58,172 nucleotides of DNA from Helicobacteraceae bacterium (GTDB lineage: Bacteria; Campylobacterota; Campylobacteria; Campylobacterales; Sulfurimonadaceae), in contig JALUFE010000013.1 in assembly GCA_027052175.1 (NCBI GenBank), positions 1 through 58,172 of the forward strand, in the 5' to 3' direction. Positions 36,331 to 44,910 of this stretch are shown here, piece by piece. How positions within the stretch are numbered: the stretch's first letter is position 1; each line of letters opens with the position of its first letter. The notes beneath the pieces are model-generated. The model did no database searches. It was not told where the DNA came from and was given only the letters and a program-made list of their open reading frames with translations. The position numbers were made by a program, and so were the translations under genes.

Positions 36331-37010
36331 TACAAACACCACGCAATCGGCTGCAGACCAAACGACTCCAAGCAGGCATTCGCTCTTGAAAAAGGCTTCG
36401 AGCCAAAAAATCCTCTATAGGCTGAAAGCGGTGAGGGATGCGGCGAAGCGATGATGCAGTGTCTGGTTGTATCTATAAGCTTGATCTTGTTTTGCGCCGG
36501 TCTGCCCCAGAGAATGAAGACGACATGCTCTTTTTCGTCACTGATAGCTTTGATCGTCGCATCGGTAAAGCGTTCCCACCCCTTTTCTCTGTGTGAATTG
36601 GCTTCCCCCTGACGTACCGTCAGTACGGTGTTGAGCAAAAACACCCCCTGCTTCGCCCAGGGAGTGAGGTCGGAGGTTTGCGGGTATGGACAGCCGATAT
36701 CATCGACCAGCTCTTTGAAGATATTTTGCAAAGATGGAGGAAAAGGCACACCGTCAAGCACCGAAAAAGCAAGACCGTGCGCCTGATTGATGCCGTGGTA
36801 GGGGTCCTGACCGAGGATGACCACTTTGACTTTGTCAAACAGAGTCGTATTGTAGGCGTTGAAAATCTTGTTGCCTGGAGGAAAAATCGTATAGCGCTGC
36901 TTTTCCTCCAAAAGAAACTTCTTGAGCTCCACCATATAGGGCTTGGCGAACTCTTGGGCAAGCACCTCTTTCCAGCTTGGATCGATTTTAGGATTTATTT
37001 GCATTGACAT
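36330..37010 (-). CDS. ung: uracil-DNA glycosylase
   Basis: Family-1 UDG motifs GQDPYH and HPSPLSA. Confidence 0.95.
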   Translation of the reverse strand: MSMQINPKIDPSWKEVLAQEFAKPYMVELKKFLLEEKQRYTIFPPGNKIFNAYNTTLFDKVKVVILGQDPYHGINQAHGLAFSVLDGVPFPPSLQNIFKELVDDIGCPYPQTSDLTPWAKQGVFLLNTVLTVRQGEANSHREKGWERFTDATIKAISDEKEHVVFILWGRPAQNKIKLIDTTRHCIIASPHPSPLSAYRGFFGSKPFSRANACLESFGLQPIAWCL

Positions 37011-37109
37011 CTATTTGTGTGAAGAGAGTTGCATCGCCCCATATATCAATGACCCCATAAAAGCGACTGCGATAACAATCATCATGATATCTGCTGCCAA
37101 GTGCATCAT
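37011..37109 (-). CDS. candidate 32-aa single-TM micro-protein
   Basis: MMHLAADIMMIVIAVAFMGSLIYGAMQLSSHK. GAGGAG SD. The start overlaps the upstream stop (ATGA). The stop abuts the ung ATG. Confidence 0.35.
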   Translation of the reverse strand: MMHLAADIMMIVIAVAFMGSLIYGAMQLSSHK

Positions 37110-37219
37110 AGCTCCTCGAGTTTATCAATGTGTGAATGTAATGTTTTTGCGACATAGGAAAACAAAACAATTGCACTTAAAATGAGAATAGAGCCTATCC
37201 AAAACAAAGTCCCAAACAT
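37106..37219 (-). CDS. candidate 37-aa single-TM micro-protein, or the C-terminal half of a frameshifted 2-TM protein
   Basis: MFGTLFWIGSILILSAIVLFSYVAKTLHSHIDKLEEL. Lies in a different frame from ORF 37125-37331 and entirely inside it. Confidence 0.35.
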   Translation of the reverse strand: MFGTLFWIGSILILSAIVLFSYVAKTLHSHIDKLEEL

Positions 37220-37331
37220 TCAAATAAAGTTTGACAAGACCCGTCCCTATAGCGAGTATAACAGCCAATATAAATCCTAAATATGCTTTCAAAGCGCCGA
37301 TATACTCTTTTTCTCTATCGATCTTTCCCAT
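37125..37331 (-). CDS. small membrane protein ORF whose C-terminal 30 aa look non-native (possible frameshift)
   Basis: MGKIDREKEYIGALKAYLGFILAVILAIGTGLVKLYLN is followed by a Cys/Phe-rich tail. Starts 2 nt after the ttcA stop, with a GAGGT SD. Confidence 0.35.
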   Translation of the reverse strand: MGKIDREKEYIGALKAYLGFILAVILAIGTGLVKLYLNVWDFVLDRLYSHFKCNCFVFLCRKNITFTH

Positions 37332-37333
37332 AA

Positions 37334-38095
37334 TTATACCTCAAAATACTCTTTATCGAAAAAACTCCCGACAGAGATATTTTTAAACGCGGAATTCAAA
37401 GATACAAAAAGTTTTGGATGCTTCTTCTCAAGTTCTGCGAGAAGCTGCTTGGCATCTTCCCTGGCGTGTGGAGCCTTAATATCGAAGCGAAGCGCAGGAC
37501 ATGCCTCGTCCCCAATCGTCTCAAAGCCGTTCTCATCGGCAAAAGCGCGCAGTTGCCGTTCTCGCAGCTGGATCAGCGGACGGATAACATACAGACCGTT
37601 GCCGGCTTTGTAGATGGGTGCGAGACTTCGCAGCTGCCCGTTGTAGATAAAGTTCATAAAAAAGCTCTCCGCCGCATCGTCGAGATGGTGACCGAGGGCC
37701 ACCTTGTTGCAGCCGAACTTCTTGGCAGCACTGTAGAGCGAACCGCGACGCATGCGGGAGAAGAAGGAGCAGTAGGAGGAGTTTTTGCGTATCTTTTCGT
37801 TGGCAAGTTCGTAGACATTGGTATCGTAGATCTCATGCGGGATGCCGTACTCTTCGCAGTGTTTGTGCAGGTTTGTATAGTCTTCGCCCATCCCGTATGT
37901 CACGGTTACAGCAACAAAATCGAATGCAAACGGAGCGCGTCTTTTCTGCTCTTTGAGGGCGTGCACCAAAGTCAGCGAATCCTTGCCTCCTGAAAGCCCC
38001 ACAAGGATCTTGTCCCCCTCCTCTATAAGCCCAAACTCCGCATTCGTCTTGCCGATGCGGCTCATAATTTTTTTAGAAATTTTCGCGTTTTTCAT
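37334..38095 (-). CDS. ttcA: tRNA 2-thiocytidine biosynthesis protein TtcA (PP-loop ATPase)
   Basis: SGGKDS PP-loop. 253 aa, TtcA-like throughout. Confidence 0.85.
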   Translation of the reverse strand: MKNAKISKKIMSRIGKTNAEFGLIEEGDKILVGLSGGKDSLTLVHALKEQKRRAPFAFDFVAVTVTYGMGEDYTNLHKHCEEYGIPHEIYDTNVYELANEKIRKNSSYCSFFSRMRRGSLYSAAKKFGCNKVALGHHLDDAAESFFMNFIYNGQLRSLAPIYKAGNGLYVIRPLIQLRERQLRAFADENGFETIGDEACPALRFDIKAPHAREDAKQLLAELEKKHPKLFVSLNSAFKNISVGSFFDKEYFEV

Positions 38096-38796
38096 ACAAC
38101 CAAACGCTCTATCAGCTCATCAAGAAGGCGCATCAAAAAGTCCGCACTGATCTTCGCACTGCTCTCTACAAACTCTTCGAAGTTAAAGCCCGCATCCATA
38201 TCCGCCGCATCGCTGATGGAGCGAAGGATGAAAAAGGGCACATCGAGTGCGTCACACACAACCGCGACACTCGCTCCCTCCATCTCAAGCGCGTCGGCTT
38301 TGAAAGTTTTTGCGATAAACTCTTTTCTCTCTTCACTGGCGATAAACTGATCACCCGTTGCGATAATGCCCTCATGCACTTCCACACCCATCTTCTGTGC
38401 CACTATCTTCGCAAGCGCTCTTAGATCCGGATCACTCTCGACATAGACACTGCCACCGGGAACGAAACCGTGAGGATGACCAAATATTGTGATATCGAGA
38501 TCGTGCTGCGCAAGCTTGGTAGCCACGACAAGATCACCGATCTTAAGATCGGGATTGACCGCACCGGCAACTCCCGTAAAGAGCAGGATATCGCATGCAA
38601 ACATCTCTAACATCGTCGTTGCGGTCAAAGTGGAAAAGACCTTGCCTATCTTTGAGTAGGCAACTACGACATCGAGCGACTTGTATTTTCCTTTGTAGTA
38701 GCTGTTCTTCGCAAAATCGACCTTCTCATAAGCATCCAGCTTCTCCAAAATCGGTTTTATCTCTTCGGGCATCGCACCCATTATGGCTATTTTCAT
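38092..38796 (-). CDS. mtnN: 5'-methylthioadenosine/S-adenosylhomocysteine nucleosidase
   Basis: MKIAIMGAMPEE N-terminus and MEGASVA motif. Confidence 0.9.
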   Translation of the reverse strand: MKIAIMGAMPEEIKPILEKLDAYEKVDFAKNSYYKGKYKSLDVVVAYSKIGKVFSTLTATTMLEMFACDILLFTGVAGAVNPDLKIGDLVVATKLAQHDLDITIFGHPHGFVPGGSVYVESDPDLRALAKIVAQKMGVEVHEGIIATGDQFIASEERKEFIAKTFKADALEMEGASVAVVCDALDVPFFILRSISDAADMDAGFNFEEFVESSAKISADFLMRLLDELIERLVV

Positions 38797-39515
38797 ATAT
38801 CTACCTTAAATGTTTCTACTACTGTGTCATATTTCGGCAGTTTTGTCAAAACATTACTCTTCTCATCGACGATGCAGCTTCCGCCCCAAAAGCCAAGCCC
38901 GTCTTCAAAGCCGACCCGATTGACAAAAATCACTTTGGATTTGGAGTTCAGGGCTGCAGCATTGATCAACGAATACCACTGCCTCTCTATCAGCAGTCCG
39001 TCCTCCCCAAATCCGCGCGCGGGGCTGGCAGCTATAACGATGATGAGATCGGGATCCTCTTCGTAGAGTCTGGAGTGCATCTTGGCACTCCAGAGATCTT
39101 CGCATACAAGTATAGAGATTTTCAGCTTGCCGACTTCAAAAGATTCGAACTCGCTTCCGGCGGCAAAGTAGCGCGCCTCCTCGAACATCCCGTAGTTTGG
39201 TAGATGGACTTTGTAGTGCTTGGAGAGCAATTTGCCATCACTGAAATAGAGTGCGCTGTTTCTAAAAACTTTTTTATCACGAAGAGCCGCTCCTATGACA
39301 ATATCGACATCTTTGCTTACAGCAGCGAGATCTTCAAGTTCCGCTATATCCCACGCATCTTCGTAGAGCTTGTCTTGAAGTAGATAGCCGTTTAACGCAA
39401 GCTCTGGAAAGACGATCATATCACTATTGTTTTTATACTCGTTTATAATGCACAAAGCATCTTGGAGATTGGAGCGGTTGAGCTTGGGAGAGGTCTGGGC
39501 GAGTGTTATCCTCAT
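38793..39515 (-). CDS. carbon-nitrogen hydrolase family protein (intact Glu-Lys-Cys triad)
   Basis: FPELAL (Glu), KVHLP (Lys) and ILVCEDLW (Cys). Confidence 0.8.
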   Translation of the reverse strand: MRITLAQTSPKLNRSNLQDALCIINEYKNNSDMIVFPELALNGYLLQDKLYEDAWDIAELEDLAAVSKDVDIVIGAALRDKKVFRNSALYFSDGKLLSKHYKVHLPNYGMFEEARYFAAGSEFESFEVGKLKISILVCEDLWSAKMHSRLYEEDPDLIIVIAASPARGFGEDGLLIERQWYSLINAAALNSKSKVIFVNRVGFEDGLGFWGGSCIVDEKSNVLTKLPKYDTVVETFKVDI

Positions 39516-39529
39516 AGTGTATCTACAGC

Positions 39530-40468
39530 TTAGCTGCAGACCTCCTCTTTGACTTTTTGCAGTGATACCGTATCGGAGATGTTGAGCGTTTTGAGCTCTT
39601 TGGCAATGCGGCGGTTGAGTCCTTTGAGCACAACACCGTTGCCAAACTCTATGGCGGTATCCACTTTATCGGCGATTGCCTTTATGGACTGCTTATAGCG
39701 CACAGGGGAAGTGAGCTGTTTTTTCAGTAGTTCTATGGCTTCGGTTTTTGTGCTGTAGGGTTTTGTCGTTACATTGGAAATCACCGGTGCTTCGAAACTC
39801 TCTTTGATGTACTTTTCCATAAGCGGAGCAAGCTTCTCGACCGCCTCTTCCAAAAGCGCACAGTGGCTGGCTACCGACATATTCAGAAGCAGCGCTCTTT
39901 TGGCTCCCGCATCTTTGAAAGTCTGCTCAAGGCTCTGTAAATCAGGCTTGAGACCAGCGACAACAAGCTGACCGTCCTGGTTGTAGTTTGCCGGCCAAAC
40001 AGATTTACCCTCGCGCTGCGCCTGGGCACAAATGGCTTCTACCTGCTCGTCATCCAGACCGACAATCGCCATCATTCCTGCCTCTATCTCGTTGCATGAT
40101 TCCTGCATATAAAGACCACGCTTGTGTACAAGTTCTATGGCATCTTCAAACTCGATAGCTCCCGCAGCACATAACGCGCTGAACTCTCCAAGAGAGTGCC
40201 CCAAAAAGTACTTTGGTTTAAGGTCTGGACACTCGTTTCTAAAGTGCCTGTAGGCTACCATCTGCACAAGCAGTATCGCCGGCTGCGTATAGGCTGTTTC
40301 GTTGAGCTGCTCATTCTCTTCAAAGATCAATTTTGTAAAGTCAACGCCTATACGCTCTCCCGCCTTTTTGAACATTTCACGCGCCAGTTCACTGTTATCG
40401 TAGAAATCTTTTCCCATTCCCACTGCTTGCGAGCCCTGCCCCGCAAAAATATATGCCAATTTATTCAT
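39530..40468 (-). CDS. fabD: malonyl CoA-ACP transacylase
   Basis: GQGSQ and GHSLGE motifs. Confidence 0.95.
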   Translation of the reverse strand: MNKLAYIFAGQGSQAVGMGKDFYDNSELAREMFKKAGERIGVDFTKLIFEENEQLNETAYTQPAILLVQMVAYRHFRNECPDLKPKYFLGHSLGEFSALCAAGAIEFEDAIELVHKRGLYMQESCNEIEAGMMAIVGLDDEQVEAICAQAQREGKSVWPANYNQDGQLVVAGLKPDLQSLEQTFKDAGAKRALLLNMSVASHCALLEEAVEKLAPLMEKYIKESFEAPVISNVTTKPYSTKTEAIELLKKQLTSPVRYKQSIKAIADKVDTAIEFGNGVVLKGLNRRIAKELKTLNISDTVSLQKVKEEVCS

Positions 40469-41246
40469 TGAGATACTCCTTCATCTTTGATATCTTTTTT
40501 CTCAGTGTATTTCGGTTCAGCCCCAATATCCGCGAAAGCTGCAACTGTGACTTGAAACGCTTCATCCCTGCCTTGATTAAAGGTACTTCATATATATGCA
40601 AAAACTTTCTATAGTCATCGTTTCCGCCGAGTTTTTCATATAGATAATTATACATCAACTCCATCATCTCTTTTTCATCGATGCTATCAAAAACAGCTCT
40701 CACTATCACCTGCCGCTTCAAAGAGAGTGCATTTTGTGAAAGATCCGGTTCGAAGTTCTCCATATCCCACTTTATTTCGGTACCAAGCATTTGAGTGACT
40801 TCATCGAAAAACTGTCTGCAAAGTACCTCTACGTCCTCTTTACGTTCCCTAAGTGGAGGAATTGTAAAATCGATACCGAAAAACTCCTCAAGCTTCTCAT
40901 TTTCATAAGCATTAGAAGCAGTCGCTATAATGCGAACCCCGTTTTTTTCAGCTTCTTTAAGAACAACTTTTATGTTTGCCACATTTTCAAGATCGGAAAT
41001 AATAATTTCCGATGAAGAATGAAGCACAGATAAAAGCTCCTCATAATTTTTTGCCTTTACTATCGGTGCAGAAGGAAGAATGTATCGAGCAAGCGTTTTT
41101 TTGCCTACACCCACTTCGCCCCGAATAAGTGCACTGACTTTGAGCGAGCGAAGAAGTGTCGCTGTCTTGAAGGTCTCCATAGAGACCTGCGAGACGGTTA
41201 TGAAATTAGTGGCATCCACAGCCACCACCGGTAGAACAGCACTCAT
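40461..41246 (-). CDS. compact sigma54-activator-like AAA+ / Fis-HTH regulator lacking the GAFTGA loop and any receiver domain
   Basis: Walker A GEVGVGKK, IPPLRERKEDV arginine-finger region and a C-terminal HTH (LSRILGLNRNTLRKKI). The conserved FITVSQVSM segment requires a start at 41246 or 41285, so the gene overlaps slyD. Confidence 0.6.
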   Translation of the reverse strand: MSAVLPVVAVDATNFITVSQVSMETFKTATLLRSLKVSALIRGEVGVGKKTLARYILPSAPIVKAKNYEELLSVLHSSSEIIISDLENVANIKVVLKEAEKNGVRIIATASNAYENEKLEEFFGIDFTIPPLRERKEDVEVLCRQFFDEVTQMLGTEIKWDMENFEPDLSQNALSLKRQVIVRAVFDSIDEKEMMELMYNYLYEKLGGNDDYRKFLHIYEVPLIKAGMKRFKSQLQLSRILGLNRNTLRKKISKMKEYLNE

Positions 41247-41715
41247 CCTGTTGATTTTCAACAGGAATACCGGTTGCTGCCTCATCCGGCGTTGCCTCTC
41301 TGACGTTGTTAAGTGTCACCGTGAACATAAGATCTTTGCCTGCAAGAGGGTGGTTGAAATCAACAACAACGCTGTCATCTTTAATTTCCTTGACGGTTAC
41401 CTGGACAGTCTGTCCATCTTCCCCCTGGCCATAAAGCGTCATTCCCTCCTGAAGATCGATACCCGCAAACTGCTCTTTTGGCAGCTCCTGAGTCGCTTCA
41501 GGATTATACTCACCATATGCATCTTCCGCTTTTACAAGTATATCCGCTTTTTCTCCGACATTCATATCTTTGATACCCGCTTCAAGACCGGGAATAATCT
41601 GTCCTTTGCCGTACATAAATACTAACGGTTCCTGTCCTACATTGCTGTCAATAACTTTATCTCCATCTTTTACCTGATACTCTATAGAGACTATTTGACC
41701 TTCATTGATTGCCAT
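41206..41715 (-). CDS. slyD: FKBP-type peptidyl-prolyl isomerase SlyD with a Cys/His-rich tail
   Basis: MAINEGQIVSIEYQVKDG... with IF insertion and a C-terminal CCSTGGGCGCH. The ATG at 41715 has an AAAGG SD. The track extension to 41913 is noncoding-like. Confidence 0.9.
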   Translation of the reverse strand: MAINEGQIVSIEYQVKDGDKVIDSNVGQEPLVFMYGKGQIIPGLEAGIKDMNVGEKADILVKAEDAYGEYNPEATQELPKEQFAGIDLQEGMTLYGQGEDGQTVQVTVKEIKDDSVVVDFNHPLAGKDLMFTVTLNNVREATPDEAATGIPVENQQDECCSTGGGCGCH

Positions 41716-41768
41716 TGTTAACCTTTTTTTAAATTTAAGGGATTTTAGCATAAAAAAGCAAAAACTTA

Positions 41769-41936
41769 AACCCGGATTTTGCATTAAAATTTGATACAAG
41801 ATGCGTTGATGCTTTGCATAAGGAGCGTTTAGAGAATTTGAAGTGGCTACCTTTTTGGTAGTCCTAAAATTCAATGAATGCTCATTGTGCAAATGATTGG
41901 TGCAGATTTGCAAATATCTAATGCAAAATCCGGGTT
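41769..41936 (-). repeat. 18-bp perfect inverted repeat (AACCCGGATTTTGCATTA / TAATGCAAAATCCGGGTT) enclosing 132 nt; candidate structured sRNA or long slyD leader
   Basis: The arms lie at 41769-41786 and 41919-41936. On the minus strand the 3' arm is followed by GTTTTTGCTTTTTT. A TATATT -10 candidate lies at 41963-41958. Confidence 0.55.
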
Positions 41937-41977
41937 AAAAGAGCTGAACACACTGATAATATACGTCAAGCTCTTTC

Positions 41978-42874
41978 TTAAATATATTTCTTGGCAATCT
42001 TCGCCGCTTTAGAGGATGGGTACTTTTTAATCAGTGCTTTAAAGAAGAGCTTTGCATTTTTTTTATCGCCCGTGTATTTCATAGAAAGAGCAGTGTGCAG
42101 CATCAAAGTCGGCATCCAACTTGCTTTGGAGTAGCGCTTGGCACTCTCTTTATAATATGCGAGTGCCGTCGCATAATCTTTTCGATAGTAGTAGATTTCT
42201 CCAAGTCTGAAAGAGCTGCGAGCCGGCTTATAGTTATGTGTGAAAAGATACTTGTAATATTCGATCGCTTTTGTATAATGTTTCTTGGCATACGCTCTTT
42301 CGGCGCGTTTGAGTATCTCCGCTTTGGAAAGTTTTGAAAGCGTATTCTTGCCTCCTTTTGCAAGATCTTTGAGCTCTTTGGCAACAAGTTTTTTAAAAAC
42401 ATTAATCTCATCGACGACTTTCGCAAGTTCCTCTTCAGAAACATAATGTTCCGTTAAAGTTGTATTTAGATCATCAATCCTATTTTTGAGTGTAGAGATA
42501 TCGATGCTGTTTTGTGTCGCAAGCGCTTCGAGACGCTTTTGATATTCATCGACACTAAACTCGTCGTTTTTGATTTTTTTGGAAAGTTCTTGAAGTTGAA
42601 TCTGTAGTTGATGATTCTTTTGGGCAAGTCCTTCTATCACACTTTGCAATCCGTCGATACGCTCTCGCAATGATTCTACTTTGCTATCTTGCGTTTTGGT
42701 TTTTATCTCGACATGCTGAAGTTGTTTTTTTGTCTCAAGAAGTACTTTCTCCTCACGCGTCAGGCCGTACGGATGAGAGCTTTCTAAATCTCCTGCACCA
42801 TACGCCGACGGCTCACTGGCCGCCTCTACGGCAGGAATAAAAAATAGCAGAACAAAAAAATTATAAAATCTCAT
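41978..42874 (-). CDS. Tol-Pal-associated periplasmic coiled-coil/TPR protein (YbgF/CpoB-like)
   Basis: Signal peptide, long coiled coil and C-terminal TPR repeats. Immediately downstream of pal. Confidence 0.75.
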   Translation of the reverse strand: MRFYNFFVLLFFIPAVEAASEPSAYGAGDLESSHPYGLTREEKVLLETKKQLQHVEIKTKTQDSKVESLRERIDGLQSVIEGLAQKNHQLQIQLQELSKKIKNDEFSVDEYQKRLEALATQNSIDISTLKNRIDDLNTTLTEHYVSEEELAKVVDEINVFKKLVAKELKDLAKGGKNTLSKLSKAEILKRAERAYAKKHYTKAIEYYKYLFTHNYKPARSSFRLGEIYYYRKDYATALAYYKESAKRYSKASWMPTLMLHTALSMKYTGDKKNAKLFFKALIKKYPSSKAAKIAKKYI

Positions 42875-42889
42875 TCCAGCTCTGCAAAT

Positions 42890-43474
42890 TTACGGAAGAA
42901 CTTTGAAATCGACTCTACGGTTCTTCGCCCAGCACTCTTTCGTGTGCTCAGTACATACGGGATTGCTTTCCCCGTAACTTACCATGCTGATCTTCTCACT
43001 CGATACACCCTGCGCTACAAGTCCCTCTTTGACAGTTTTTGCACGTTTGAGGCCCAAGGCAAAGTTGTATTCGTCACTGCCCCATTCGTCACAGTTCCCT
43101 TCGAGTTTAATTTTGAACTCATCCTGTGCCTCTTTTGCCACATCTGCATCTTTATCAAGGATGGGCTGCTGATCAGGCCTAATGTTGTATTTGTCAAAGT
43201 CAAAATGAATAGTTTGGAATTTAGACTGCAACTCCATCATTTTCTCTTCGCTTGTCTTTGAAGCTGTACTTTCACTTCCTACTGTCTGCATATCGGAGCT
43301 GACTTCCTCCGTTGCGACCTCTTCTGCTTCACCACCGTTTTGACTTTGCTGCTCTTTTACATTTTGTTGGGACTGTTCGGCTGCTTTTTTATCTACAGCC
43401 GGCTGCTTCGAACTACAACCGCTAAGAAGAAGTACCGCTATCGCTACACTTGATAATACCGTTTTTTTCATCAT
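42890..43474 (-). CDS. pal: peptidoglycan-associated lipoprotein (OmpA-like C-terminal domain)
   Basis: Lipobox LLSGCS. OmpA-C motifs (GNCDEWGSDEYNFALGLKRA, NRRVDF). Confidence 0.9.
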   Translation of the reverse strand: MMKKTVLSSVAIAVLLLSGCSSKQPAVDKKAAEQSQQNVKEQQSQNGGEAEEVATEEVSSDMQTVGSESTASKTSEEKMMELQSKFQTIHFDFDKYNIRPDQQPILDKDADVAKEAQDEFKIKLEGNCDEWGSDEYNFALGLKRAKTVKEGLVAQGVSSEKISMVSYGESNPVCTEHTKECWAKNRRVDFKVLP

Positions 43475-43503
43475 TTGCCTTTACTCAGGATTTCAGTCCG
43501 ATT

Positions 43504-43512
43504 ATTATACCA
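43504..43512 (-). promoter_or_regulatory. candidate extended -10 (TGGTATAAT) for pal
   Basis: TGnTATAAT on the minus strand, 30 nt upstream of the pal ATG, inside a 185-nt tolB-pal spacer. Confidence 0.35.
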
Positions 43513-43659
43513 AACTTTCATTAATTCTCTTCTGTTTTTTGTGATTTTATTCTTTCCGATTCTTTCGATATCTCTTTTCCAATAAAAACTTATCTATAAT
43601 TATTCCTAATCTAAGATACTACGAAGAGAATTTTTTTCGACCTTCTTTCTTACCCTTTA

Positions 43660-44907
43660 TTACCAATCAAGAGATTGTATCCGTCCATGTGTTATAGGAA
43701 AAAGATAGTTCTTGTTGTACCCAAGCCGTATAACACCTATGGCACTTTGATTTTTATAATTTTTTATAAACAGTATGGCATCTCCATCATCGGAAAATCG
43801 AGGAAACTGATTGATCCCCGTCGCTGTCAGTCTCCGGATGAAATCACTTTGCAGAGAAATCAGATGAAGATTGAAGGTATTTTTTGAAAAAGCGTTGGAG
43901 CTCTCTCTGGCTTCGTAGACTATGTAGTTACCGTGAACACTACAGGCAGAATTCGTTTTTCCGTAATATACAAGCTGCTCTACACTGCTGCTTGAAAGTT
44001 TTTTTTCGAATATATTCGGATATCCCAACCGGTCAGAGATAAAAACAATCTTGTCTTTTCCAAGAAACTGTCCCCCTACATCGATCCCTCCATATCTCGT
44101 TAAACGTTTAAAACTTCGATCCGCAACACTATAGAGATAGATATCCGGCTGCGAGGATGGTGCCATCGTCACCAGCAGTCTCTTTCCGTCTTTACTCACA
44201 TCCGAACAAACAATCATTCCGTCACTTGTCGCGACAGAGCGTATCTTGCCCTTTCTTATATCAAAATATTTCAAAGTCGGCTTTGTATCTCCCAACGCCG
44301 TGTAATATATGGCATCTTGTCTTTGATTTGCCCATTTCGGAAAAATATTGAACCCTCCCTTGAGTATGACATGCCTGTATGTGAGCGTATAATCTGCTAT
44401 CACTATCTCACTCTTCTTAGGGGCTACTATATTTGCAAATACTACACGTTTCTTGATCCACCCGATATCGTCTCCGCCCATGTATTTATTGATATCATAC
44501 GCAATAGCATGGGACAAAAAAACATAGGCGGATTTTTTCGATATTTTATAATTTTTCGCAAAAACGGAATTGCCGTTATGGATAAGTTTCATTGCAACAT
44601 TGAGCTTTCCGCTGTCGTCTTCAAAAAGCTTGTAGCGCACGACATAGTCCATATCTTTATTTGCCGCAACGGTCGACGTCGCATTAAAATAGGTCAGTCT
44701 TCTATGCTTGTCGACATTAAAAAGAGAAATAACATTCATGTCGGCAAAAAGTGCTTTGAAAAAACGCATTTTAAAAGTGTTGTCATAATTGATAGATGCA
44801 TCTTCAAGCGCTAAAGACGGAAGAGATTCGACTTTTTTTTTCACTTCGATTGTCAGGTCTGTTGCAAAAAGTGCCACGCTCAAAAAAAACATAAATAAAA
44901 TCTTCAT
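43660..44907 (-). CDS. tolB: Tol-Pal system beta-propeller protein TolB
   Basis: 415 aa with a signal peptide. N-terminal TolB domain plus WD40-like repeats. Position between the tolA-like gene and pal. Confidence 0.85.
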   Translation of the reverse strand: MKILFMFFLSVALFATDLTIEVKKKVESLPSLALEDASINYDNTFKMRFFKALFADMNVISLFNVDKHRRLTYFNATSTVAANKDMDYVVRYKLFEDDSGKLNVAMKLIHNGNSVFAKNYKISKKSAYVFLSHAIAYDINKYMGGDDIGWIKKRVVFANIVAPKKSEIVIADYTLTYRHVILKGGFNIFPKWANQRQDAIYYTALGDTKPTLKYFDIRKGKIRSVATSDGMIVCSDVSKDGKRLLVTMAPSSQPDIYLYSVADRSFKRLTRYGGIDVGGQFLGKDKIVFISDRLGYPNIFEKKLSSSSVEQLVYYGKTNSACSVHGNYIVYEARESSNAFSKNTFNLHLISLQSDFIRRLTATGINQFPRFSDDGDAILFIKNYKNQSAIGVIRLGYNKNYLFPITHGRIQSLDW

Positions 44908-44910
44908 ACA

